This document shows, one piece after another, positions 41,301 through 55,457 of a stretch of 64,000 bases of DNA. A program made the translations under genes and the position numbers. The notes below the pieces were generated by a model. The model saw nothing but the letters and a program-made list of their open reading frames with translations, had not been told where the DNA came from and searched no databases. Source of the DNA: Balanoglossus misakiensis. Taxonomy: Eukaryota; Animalia; Hemichordata. The first letter of the stretch is position 1. The number at the start of each line of letters is the position of its first letter. The DNA lies in contig CM082586.2 in NCBI GenBank assembly GCA_040954595.2, positions 3,206,349-3,270,348 on the forward strand. The letters run 5' to 3'.

Positions 41301-44300
41301 ATTATGCAAACGACAAAACCAAATAAAGTTCCACACCGACTGTTTTCATTTCATGCGGCGGGATTACGAAACTGAAATGGTGTTCTTAAAATAGCAGCTT
41401 GCTAGCGTCATAGACTTCTACCTGAATCTGCCCGGTGATTTCTCAGTTCCAATGCGGCAACGCCCAATTTCCACGAGCGATGACAGATGCTTGTACCGAG
41501 ACAATGAAACTCATGCCCGCCGCGATAAGGCCGTTTAGCAGGGTTTGCGCAGTTTTCAATTTAACGGAAAAAAGGCGTGGACTTTGTCTTCATAGATATT
41601 CTCAGCTTTGAATTCCGTTTGCGATTTTGACACCTTGATCAACACGTTTCTTTCTCCGAGCAACAGGTGTCCGTATCCGACACCTCTTTGCAAACTTCGG
41701 CCGGGGTCAAGGGTCAAGAATTTGAAAACGGTGCACACAGCTGGGGATACGGTATTTTGCTCGCGAGACATTTAAATATCCACGGTTACTCGCCCGTATG
41801 TCATTCTGACTCGTGTGCGTTTAATGGGGGTTAGTGTCCTTTTTCAGAAATAATTCGCGCGCGAGAGAGAAATAAGACTGGATCTTCGAGTATTGTCTTA
41901 GTTACTGACGGGCAAGCTTAATACGTTGCAAAATCAGCTGGGTGATTGAGATCGTGGGCTGGCGACCTCACCCTATACAATAGTTTACACCACTCTGCAA
42001 GTTCTCCTGCGCGAGAAGGTCGATTCGGCAGGTAACTTAGCAACCACCACATATTGTGATGTGATTTCTTCACGAGGAAGCCTTAAATTTGTCCAGCCTT
42101 TTCATGGATCGTGATTGCTATCGCCAATAAAGCACACGGCAAACACACACCAGGAAAACGAAACAAGCTGCGTTCAGTTTAATTTTCATACGCACACATT
42201 AACGCCACGCTATTATTAGTAATATATTATGGCTTCTTCAGAATTGGTATTGTCAAATTAGTTAACATGGTCACTTCGGTCTAACCTCACGTGTCGTTTC
42301 AAACAATTGTCAAACATCATTATAAAACTACCACGCTTCGTTATTACGTCATAGAAGGTAAATTCACCAAGTTCGCTTTCAGTGACGTTCACGCTGTCGG
42401 CCATATTGTGGAGGGTACCAGAAAATTATTTGCGTGGAAATTTACCGATATATGCCTTCTTCAAGAGTGCTGATAACAAGAGTTAACAAGACGCCGTGTA
42501 CTTACGCCTATTCTTGAGCAAAATTGAACGACGCAGCAATAGTTTGAAGCCAAAATCATCGAAGCAACGAATCAATTAGCTTTTGTTGAATATTAATGCA
42601 AATGAGTTTCCGTGCCCACCGTTCATCTATTTCCTTCATTATTATTCATGCGCGCATTCGCCTTGCCGATTTGTTTCATTAAAGAAAGGCTTAGACCCAC
42701 TTGTATTAAGTTATGCGATACAACGTTTTGAAACTTGTTATCTCTACTCTTCAGAAATGCCCATCGTACTCCTGAAATCTTGTGGTGTGACCATGGAAAC
42801 TGTGTCTATAGAAAATATCAAATTTTACATATAGGCCTACAAGACCCCTGATTGGATTATATATATGCATTGTACTTGTGTTCTGTACGAACATGGCTCA
42901 AAATTCGAATACCATAAAATATTCATAATTGCTCTTTGGGTTGCGATTATGATATGAGATTTATGTTGCCCTATCGCCGTTATAATTATTTGAAACAGAA
43001 AGCCTACGTTTATGAGGATGTTGGCAGAAAGGGCGCATAACTTTAACATCTGGCCTACATAGGTTGTTAACTTGTACACAACAATCAGAAGAATCATATA
43101 TCTGAAGGGATTGAAAAACAATCCGTTGATGGATCTTCCGGTTATCGAGCATCACCATCTTTAGACGATGACTAACGCGAACGAGGCTCTGTTATCATCA
43201 CGTAACAACGTGCGCATTGCATGTCAAGCGCACACAGCGCACGTTCGGTGGTGAAATAATCTTTCGGTCAAACTGCTTTCGTAAGTTAATCACAATGGAC
43301 TATAAATCGTAATTATCGCGACCGTTGCCTGGGAGATCATCGAAAACACCTCTCATGCGAGAGCGGGCGCAAATTATATAGTCCTTCATGGGATTCAAAT
43401 TACAAGTTCGTTTGAAGTATAAATAAAATAGGGGAGTCCTATATAAGCTGCCCTTGAAAAAAAGTCAATGTAATCGAATTCGAATCGTCTATCGGAAGCG
43501 GCGATTTTCAACGAATCGACGTTGTGATCATGACAGATTCATAATCAAAATGAAGGACGCGAAATTTGTGAGGTGATTTCATCAATGATTTGAACAATGT
43601 TCCTAACATTTGTTCCATGACACACACTGACGCATCTCAAGCGAAACCTGTTAACTTTGACGGGCACATCTGGTCGTGCAGCTGGCGGCTGGCTGCAACG
43701 ATTGAGATTTCGCGACTGCGTTGCGATTTGTCAGCGGGGATTACACGGGGTGTGGACGCAGGAAATTACCGTATGACGGTACGGCCACTGTTTATAGTGA
43801 ACAGACGGACGCTTTTCTGTCGCAAACTCCGTTTAGTAAAAGGGTGTGGGACGGCAACAACGACTTTCATTACCCATCCGTGACATTCACCGACGATAAG
43901 CCGAACAGTAAATCTCTCTACTCCTCTCGCTATTATCAATACGTGTACAACACACACGCTCCCGTTTTATCAATACGCCTTTTTCACATCCCACGAGTTT
44001 AAATTATATTGCTACTGGCGGTGTATTTGACAGGCCCTATTACAGACCATAGCGGTTATATTACTCTCGGCTTACGTATACGCTAGACAGTTTTTAGTGG
44101 CCATGCTATGTCAACGAGGCATCGCCCTTTTGTTTTGTTCTGAAGTCATTGTCTCGCATCTCTCGTTACACCAAAACAGATTTTCTTATATCACATGTAT
44201 TACGTATACAAAAACCCTTAACCATTCCCTTCTCTGACTTGAAAGATGGTCTGATCACTTCGAGGAAATTATCAGTTGTGAGAACGAGAAAGTGATGATC

Positions 44301-47300
44301 GTTACGCGCGACGGACTGGGGTGACGTGCATTTGGGAACGGTAAACGGCCAAGACAAGACCTGTTATAAAATGAGAATCTTTAAGAAGGGTCTTCTTAGC
44401 AGGAAAGACAAAAACCTTACCGGGCCATCATTGCAGCGGGTGTTGTTCTGGCTTCACTTGCTTGTCGGCGCAATCAATGGACACATCGAAGCAGCGGCAT
44501 GGCACATCTTCAGTGTAACAACGTTCCAATTGTATACATCGCACCGCAAGATCTTGTTTTCTGCCTCGGTCGCCAGTTTCGTCTTCTGCGCATTCCTACT
44601 GCGACTCTGTATCTTTCTTCCCATCTCTTGCGCTGCATAATCATAATAATATGGCAGTGTTATCATGGCAACCGAGGAGACCCACTCAAACACTGGGGGC
44701 GCTACGCAAGAGGCATAAATGCCATTGTTTAACTTGGGCAGGCTTGGGCTGACGGCGTTGTCTTAAAACGTGTTCAATTCATGCATATTCATCTACACGG
44801 AAAGGCTAAAGGGAAATATAAGTTATCCACACACATATCCGGGCTTGTGTAGAGCAGAATACAGACGATATTCAATCTTGCGCCTAGTTCCAGGTCGACA
44901 AAAATATCTTGATTCAATTAAGCCTTAATTTCCCCATAGACTTAAAGTAATTTAGTGGCATCATTCCCCGTTTTTTTTCTTTCACAAAAATCATCCGATT
45001 TTATTCCCACTGCTTCTAACTGACACCATTATAGCAATGTAAGCTGCATGAACCGTGTCAGTGTCAATATGATCACCGCTTGGTAATCATGTTAGCACTG
45101 ATTTCTATTACTGTAAATACAGTTCTGGATAGCTCGTTTTTATCTCCCCGGGGAAAGCAGAAAAGTTGCATATTATTTCACCGAACTGGATATTCAATTC
45201 TATTTGCATCGACTGTAACTGTTCATAATGCTGTACACGTATTATGCAGACCAACACCGCCTTGTTCTTATGCATGACGCATGTATGATTACGTCACTAC
45301 ATAATGGTGTTACGGTCACGACATTTGCATATTATTTATGCGTTATACCTGCAGGTATGTTTCTTCCTTCAGAACGGAAAGACATGATTGGAAATTTTAT
45401 TATAAATAATAGTAATGGTTATTGAATATTGCCCTTGTAATTTTGACATTGTCTCATTCATATTTTACTTCCCTGTCTCTCACTGTTGAATGGTCAAGAC
45501 TACTTCTGTGGGCGTTATTAGGCCTCGGTACTTCGGACATTGTCTGTGGACCTCAGAAGATTCGTGCTGGGTAAATATCGCGTGCTCTTTAATTATCAGT
45601 TCCTGTTATTTGTCGCTGTGCAGACAGACTTCTTTAAATGTCGCTTCAGATTTCACGGAGCCTCTCCAGAAAAGCGATTACCGAAAAAAAGTAAGTGTTT
45701 TACGCATGCTCTGTCTCGGCAGCAATACACGTTCGCGTGCAAGTCGCGATCGGACAAACGAAAAAAAAAAAAAAACGATACGCAATCGTTGCTTCTTCGA
45801 CCGTACCAAACGAGAAATGGGAATTTCATCTAGTTTGCGATTGAACAAAGCCGTCGTCCTTCTAACCTTATATCGGATAATTTTTGATTTGTTTAATTTG
45901 AAAAAAAAAATTATGCTGTTCTAAAAAAACAATCCATCTTTTGTCAGTATGGGCTCTGGCTAGCAACAGAGGGCGTCTTGCTGCTGAACCAGTTGCCTCT
46001 CCCACGATATCAAATGGTTCAGCCCTGATGGTAGACCACGCAACGCTTGCTAAGAATAACTTTCACATCCATCACGATGCAAATTTCACGATCTTCTTTG
46101 CATAAGAAAGAGAACAGAATGAACTAGAACAGATGCAGATTTTCGCACCTGTCCAGTGACGTCACAAATATGCAAATTATCATGGCTCATCCGCTTCTAC
46201 ACATCTGGTGATCTGATTCGAACTTTGACACTGCAAAATCTACATACCTTTAACGTGTGAAGTAATCTGGATGCTTCTTCACGATGGAGTGTGACCACCA
46301 TGCCATGTTTTATACATCATCTGGCAGCATTGCACGCATACAAATGGAATTCCCCTTTCATGATTCCTGACGACCTTACATCCCGGTATGTGTATACAAA
46401 GTTTGCTGCATGAAGTGTACTTGAAAATAGGATAACATGGCCTTTCAGTACAGACTCCAGTCGAGATGGTTGATGGCTGGCTCAAAAGTGGATTCTTACA
46501 AACGAAAATGCCAGGATGTAAGGTCATGCAAGGGTCAAGAAAGCGGCCTCGCCTTCAGCACCTTCTTGTTACTCGGTGATTTTTCGTTTTTTTTTCTTCG
46601 TGAACGGTACGGATGAAGCAAAGCTGGCTTGTATCGCTTCAAAAACTTAAAATTATTGGCGTGTTCACTACAATTTTCAAGCAAATCCAAACTCGCTCCT
46701 TTTTGAAGAGACGTTTTTGGCAGCACCCCCGAGCACATGGAGAAACCCGACCTTCGTCACTAGAGGGGGCAAATTTTCGATTTGGGGATACATGTACATA
46801 CAATGCTAACAAGATTCGACAATTGGCCAAATGCAATTCCCACACTTTATTGCCAAGAGGTGTATACATAATTGAACATAAGCAATGCTTGGGAGGTTAA
46901 GCTCAGCTCTGGATAGTTCTATAAGTCATGTTTCATGATCTCAACATACTACAAGCCGCAGAGCTCATTTCATCACCGTTCAATTCAACATTTAAAATAT
47001 CAACGGGCTTGTCAGCAATGAACAATGTTTTTTTGTTTTTAAAAAAGTAATCCTCAACCATACCGTACCTCTACATGCAGACGATGACATTACCACACAC
47101 ATATATGAAGTGCCAGATTGGATTGGCAACCTTTACTTCAGCACCGAAAATGCCTGGCTCTTATAACCTACCAGAGAAACGTCTACATCTACTACTTTGC
47201 CCACAATGCATTGCAACCATAAAGCAATTAAACTACTATAATAGTTTCTACAGTAAGACACAGATATCAATTTTTCATCTTTTCTTATTTTAAACTTGAA

Positions 47301-49459
47301 GGTATCTCTAATCTCAACAATAAAGCAGTCTCCAGGCTAACAAGTACATCACAACTTTTTTCCAGACAGTATAAAAAAATAATAAATTCAACGGCAGCAA
47401 ACTCATTTGAAGTACACATGGAATTGTTTTATACTTGTAAACCTACAATTTTTAACAAGGCAAAAATTTATAAAACATGCATGAATGAGTAATTTCTCTG
47501 ACATTAAAAAGGGAACATTGGTATGGCTGGGTTTTAATAAAGGTCTCTTGGTGTACATTGATCTTGTGTATCATCCAGACAGCAAACTACCCAGCCATTG
47601 TCACCAGGAATCAGACTGCTTGGTATTGCAAAGATACTTTTTTTTTATTTCTACAGGGAACACCAACTGTGGAAGTGGATTATTGGCAGTGTTTTACACG
47701 CAAAGTCACCAGAGTGCTTGCAGATCACGCTTCCTGAAGACATAAAAAAACATGCATCTTGGTAATCAGGCAAGATTCCAATATCGTCGGTGAACAGGCT
47801 GGGGAATCTGCTGGTCTGGGTGACGCAAGATACCTGTAAGGCTGGGTTTTTTTACAGCTAGTTTCTATAGGAGGTCATGATAATAAAAACCACAAGAGCA
47901 CCACTGCCATGATTAAAATTTGTTCTGCACTTTTCCAATCGTGCCATTGTTCATCAATTGTAATCACAGTCGATATTCCTAAAACCCGATCTTCTACATC
48001 ATGTCACTTCTTATTACAGCCAAGAACGTGACACCGTTCTGCATCTGTCGATAATGCTCGCTTTCGAGGTTGGCTGTCAGAAACTTTGAATAAAGGAAAC
48101 GTTTCTCACTAAATTTGTCGCCAAAACCCCCTCACAATTACCAGCCTGTTAATTCCTGAAAAGCTTTTGTACTGCAGTGCACATACAAACATAACACAAC
48201 TTCCCTGCTGGCACCCAGCTCCATTTCCTTTATTGTACCAATTCCAAAGTTTTCAAAGCTATGCCTTGAATTTTTCTACAGCCTTCTTTTGGTTGGGATA
48301 TTTAGTGTGGTCCTTCAGATAGTCACATAGTGTATTGAAACGCAGCATTTTTCCTGGCTTACAGCCTAAAGAAATGAGGGGTAACAAAAAAGGCCCCACC
48401 GATGTTCCCCCTTTAAAGATGGAAAAAGATGAGCTTTTTATAACTCAGGACATCTGTATCAAATTACAGTTCTTGAGGTTGGTAAGACCTAATGTCTTCA
48501 AAGCTATGGGGCGAGAAGGGCAAAGCTTCTCTGACTATGTCTTTTGTTACTACAGAGTGTTCAGAGCTGCTGTAATACAAAATACGATTACCAAGCTACC
48601 AGTACATGACAGGTGTCTAAAAGACTATTACACATATATATATATTCTGAAAACACTGGACAGGCAGAGCACTTGTTTCCATAGCAATGAACTGTTAAAT
48701 ACACAACAGTTGCAAAAGCAATTAGTGTGTTTTCTGTGGTAACTATGACTGCCTTACTGGAAATAAAAACATTTCTTTAAGGGCTGGTGGGTGTTGTACA
48801 CACACGAGCCACAGAATACTAGAGTGGCCACCCTCCACCATGGACAAACCTCGGAATTATAAGAGAGAGAGTACACAATCATTTTACAGCTGATAAGCTC
48901 CTATCACCTCTGTACCCCCTGAACCCCTTTTCCTCCACAGGAATGGATACGCACCAGTTTCCTGCAATACACTTGACACTCCTGTTGTTAGGGCAACAAT
49001 TAAGTCCGCATGCAGATTGGTAACTACCTCGGCATTTGAGATGTAATTATGTTATCCTAATTCCTTAACACATTTTTGAGCATTTTTTAAATATTTTAAA
49101 TTTTGTAATTTTTTTAAAGTTGTATTTTACTTTTAAGCTGTGATGTGAAAGCCTTCTATTGCTGGATTATTACAAACAATGGACAAGAATACATCCAATA
49201 CACCTGACAAGACATATTGACATAGTAAAATAAAAGAAAAAAAGACCCCAAGTCATGACAGTAAAGCACTGATGAGACACTTACTAGCCACGGGGCTTGC
49301 TATGGACCTTTCTTTTAATTCTGGGGAAACATGGGGTTAAACATCATTTCAATATTTTTACTGAATTAATTTTTTGTCTTTTTTTTTCAAATTAGGTGTA
49401 CATTGATAGTTCTTGATGTAATGTAAGTGTAATAATAAGATAGAGACACTACTGGGAAT

Positions 49460-52287
<2,828 letters not shown>

Positions 52288-52560
52288 GGCCACTTCTATT
52301 TTTCTAAGGATAAGATAATCACTCAAATTTACAGGAAAATCGATGAAAAGGACAAGTGCTTAGTACCTTTCTAACCCAATTCTACCTATATAGCCGTCCA
52401 AGGGTCTAGAAATGGCGGACACTACGGCAAGTCATAGCACATCTTACCGAAAACTGAAATATTCATTCACCTTACCATCTGGCCAACGCTAATATGCATT
52501 CAATTTTCTAAAATCCTACCCATGTATTTTAGATAAAGGTTAATTACAAAAATAGCTTAC

Positions 52561-53048
52561 CTTCTATAGATTTAACCTCTAAATGCTCTAAAATAGTCAA
52601 GTGAGGGACTATATTGCCCTTGCGTATTAAAATGAAGGTGGTGCGGTTACTTGGATTCCACAATTCAGTGGGGTTTCACGATTTAAAATCTAGGGAAAAT
52701 GACGTCATGGTTACTATGATTGTACTATTGGTCAGTGATGACGTCATCATCGAGAAGATTTTCCCACGACTTTCAACAGCACTCGACAAGAGTTTGAACG
52801 CAAGAAGTCAACTTCGATCGATTGACGCACAATAAAAATTCTTATACTTAATCTGCATATTTTTGTATGTGTTTTATGAATTCCATATGGTGGGTTACAG
52901 CTTTTTTCGAGCTGTGCGCATGACCAGCTAAAAGTTTAAGTGGAGAAAACATGTTAAAAACAAACCTGCAACGTACTAGTAATTAATTGCAACACGTGCT
53001 TCCGGGTTAATCTTGGTCAGTTGCTAGACGTAGACATAAACGGGGAAG
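52561..53048. promoter_or_regulatory. Bidirectional promoter region shared by 14-3-3 (minus) and MRTO4 (plus)
   Basis: The start codons are about 760 bp apart and divergent. A minus-strand donor AG|GTAAGC at 52561/52560 suggests a non-coding first exon for 14-3-3. Motifs: two full CRE palindromes TGACGTCA (52700-52707, 52739-52746), ATTGG (52727-52731), E-box CACGTG (52993-52998) and ETS-like CTTCCGG (52999-53005). Confidence 0.7.
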
Positions 53049-55248
53049 ATGCCGAAATCAAGAAGAGACAAACGCGGTAAAGGGACCTTTGACTGTCCGA
53101 TTGCATTATAACGAGCTTATCGTTGTCACAGTATGACATATCCCTTTGGTTCGATGTTGGAAGTTGTAACAAACAAGATGATCATGGGACCACTGCATGC
53201 AGGTCCATCGGATCTGGTTCTCTTAGTGGACACGACTATACTCCACGGGCGATAATATGGTTTTTTAGGGTTAGGGTTAGGAGGGTTAGGGTTAAATTCA
53301 CCCTCACATTGCCACCCCTAACCCTCCTAACCCTAACCCTAACTCACCCTCATTGCCATGGTATCGTTGCCATGGGGTATAGTCGTGTCCACTAAGAGAA
53401 CCAGATCCGGTCCATCTTCATCATCATGTCTTCACCCTTACCACTAACCACCCAGTACCACTCCCTTGACTGTTCTGTGTTGCAATGTTTGGGAATCTCA
53501 CCAGCAGTAGGAGGTGCTCAGTAGGGACTGGCCAGTTACTCCAGCCCGGAGATCGCCCCGTGTTGGAAAATATGAAAGGGAGGGGTGTTGTCAGTGTGGT
53601 TTTGATTCGAGCACCGAGATGAGAATTGTATCACTGTCAGCCATGATAGCTGGATTGTGGTTAAATAGAAACAGTCTTGGGGATTGATCAAAATTTGAAT
53701 ACTCTTAGAAGCACACACAAATGACCATAACACATTGGGGAAATAAACCGTAGATTGCCAACAAGAATACAGTGAGGGTGAAAGTTCATGATGCAAATAT
53801 AATTTGCGCGTGCAAAGTAGAAATCTAAACAAATTTCTCCACCACTTGCAGTTGCCTTGACGAACACACGGAAGAAGGGTCTTGAGACGAAACAAAAGTT
53901 AGTGGAGGAGGTGAGTTAAACCCACAAAATGTTTCCTGTTGAAGGTCTTTCTATGGTAAATGTAATACTGTAATTTATTGTTTCACTTTCTCTGCAGATA
54001 CAAGGCTGTGTTGACAAGTTTGCAAGGATATTTCTTTTTTCCGTCAAGGACATGAGAAACACAAAATTGAAAGATGTGAGGACTGAATGGAAACACAGCA
54101 GGCACGTAGAATCAAATTATTGTCTTTTACTGTATTACGTACATTGACATTCGCACAAAGTTCACTTACAATACACTGACTCCAGTGCTCCACTAACCCT
54201 CTTATTTTCATCGGTAGGTTCTTCTTTGGGAAGAATAAAGTTATGTCATTAGCACTTGGGAGACAACCAGAAAACGAGTACAGAGACAATTTACACAAAA
54301 TAAGCGCCAAACTCACAGGAAACGTCGGACTTCTATTTACAAATCAAAGCAAACAAGAAGTAACTGAGTAAGTACTGAAATGAAGTTAGTATTACCTCAG
54401 GAACTGTGCATCAAAACAACATATGATTCAATGTAAAAAACCTGTAGAGTTATTCATAGCTAATTACAATAAGACATTCATTGTGGACTTCTGTAGAAAC
54501 TAGCCATAGTTTGAAAATATTAATTCAGTACGGCATCTCCTTCCAGATGGTTTGAAACCTTTTCAGCAGAAGATTTTGCCAGGTCAGGGAACACTGCGAC
54601 AAGTACAGTGACACTGGATGAAGGACCTCTGCCGCAGTTTTCACACGCAATGGAGCCACATCTCCGACAACTTGGATTGCCAACAACGTTAAAAAAAGGT
54701 GCGTTGTTGCTTGAAGGAATTCACCTTGAAATTCTGTTGCTGAAAATCACACATTAATGTTGTCACTATCCTTAATCTATGAGGGATAGTTCCAGGGAAT
54801 AAGAGGAATCTATATTTCAATGATGGCGTTTTATTTTTCTCTTTTCACAGGAATTGTTACACTCACGTCAGATTATACTGTTTGCAAAGCCGGTGATACT
54901 CTGACGCCAGAACAGGCAAGAATTCTGGTAAGTGGACTTTCCTCATGATGCCTTAAAAATTGTAACCAGTGAATGAAACAGTGAGGACCAGTGGGGAAAT
55001 TCACCATTCTTTATACCTACTTGACGCGATTGTTTGTGTTCTTACAGAAACTTTTAGACATGCAGATGGCAAACTTCCACCTATCACTGAAGTGCATGTG
55101 GTCGAACGATGGCACGTTTGAAGTGCTGAAAGAAAAGACGGGAAGCGGAGATGTGAAAGTTGCGGCGGACGATGGACAAGCAAGTGATGGAGAAGATGAT
55201 GTAGAAGAAGATGATGCTGATGATGATGAATTTGATGAGAATAAATAA
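53049..55248 (+). CDS. MRTO4: mRNA turnover protein 4 homolog (Mrt4, 60S ribosome assembly factor), 7 exons, 256 aa
   Basis: Mostly missed by the ORF track. Exons 53049-53076 (MPKSRRDKR), 53852-53910 ([20 protein letters not shown]), 53998-54101 ([24 protein letters not shown]), 54218-54367 ([24 protein letters not shown]), 54547-54698 ([28 protein letters not shown]), 54851-54927 ([16 protein letters not shown]), 55048-55248 (KLL..acidic tail, stop). Total 771 nt. The motifs match my recollection of the Mrt4 family. Confidence 0.95.
53210..53408. mobile_element. Non-autonomous DNA transposon (MITE) with 32-bp perfect TIRs, a target-site duplication and internal inverted telomeric repeats
   Basis: TIR GGATCTGGTTCTCTTAGTGGACACGACTATAC at both ends, inverted. 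Direct repeat GGTCCATC at 53202-53209 and 53409-53416. TTAGGG arm at 53265-53291 and CCCTAA arm at 53316-53342. Confidence 0.92.
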
Positions 55249-55425
55249 ATGTTTCATTTTAACTCGAATTTGTTTTTGTGGATTATTGTCAGTATTTGCT
55301 GGTTTGTTATACAACCCTGAACAACAATGATTAAAATGGATTGCTCAGAGACAAATGAAGAGCTCCCATTTTACTGTCAAGTAAAATTGAAACGTGTGAG
55401 CAGTCTGTAGAGGGCGCTATTAGAA

Positions 55426-55431
<6 letters not shown>

Positions 55432-55457
<26 letters not shown>
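55432..55457. repeat. Poly(G) run (about 26) downstream of MRTO4
   Basis: Seen directly. A shorter G run (about 15) lies at 36043-36057. Confidence 0.85.

Noticed and set aside
45955-46055. Nested short inverted repeats (GCTGAACCA/TGGTTCAGC) suggesting a structured RNA or ribozyme
   Set aside because: Only a 9-bp stem is solid, and the hammerhead core (CUGANGA...GAAA) is not present.
24400-48742. Many 60-144 aa ORFs in the intergenic region
   Set aside because: No recognisable domains, no consistent exon chain, many non-ATG starts, and lengths expected by chance.
52288-52326. N-terminal extension [13 protein letters not shown] on the 14-3-3 ORF
   Set aside because: It starts at a non-ATG codon and spans a splice acceptor. 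The GCCATG at 52287 matches the family's normal start.
53265-53342. Ancestral chromosome end-to-end fusion site
   Set aside because: The telomeric arms are very short and are enclosed by TIRs and a TSD inside an intron of an intact gene. Transposon insertion explains them better.
54940-54990. Possible C/D box snoRNA in MRTO4 intron 6 (TCCTCA-TGATG...GTGAGGA)
   Set aside because: Both boxes deviate from consensus and the segment is too short. I could not identify an rRNA-complementary guide.
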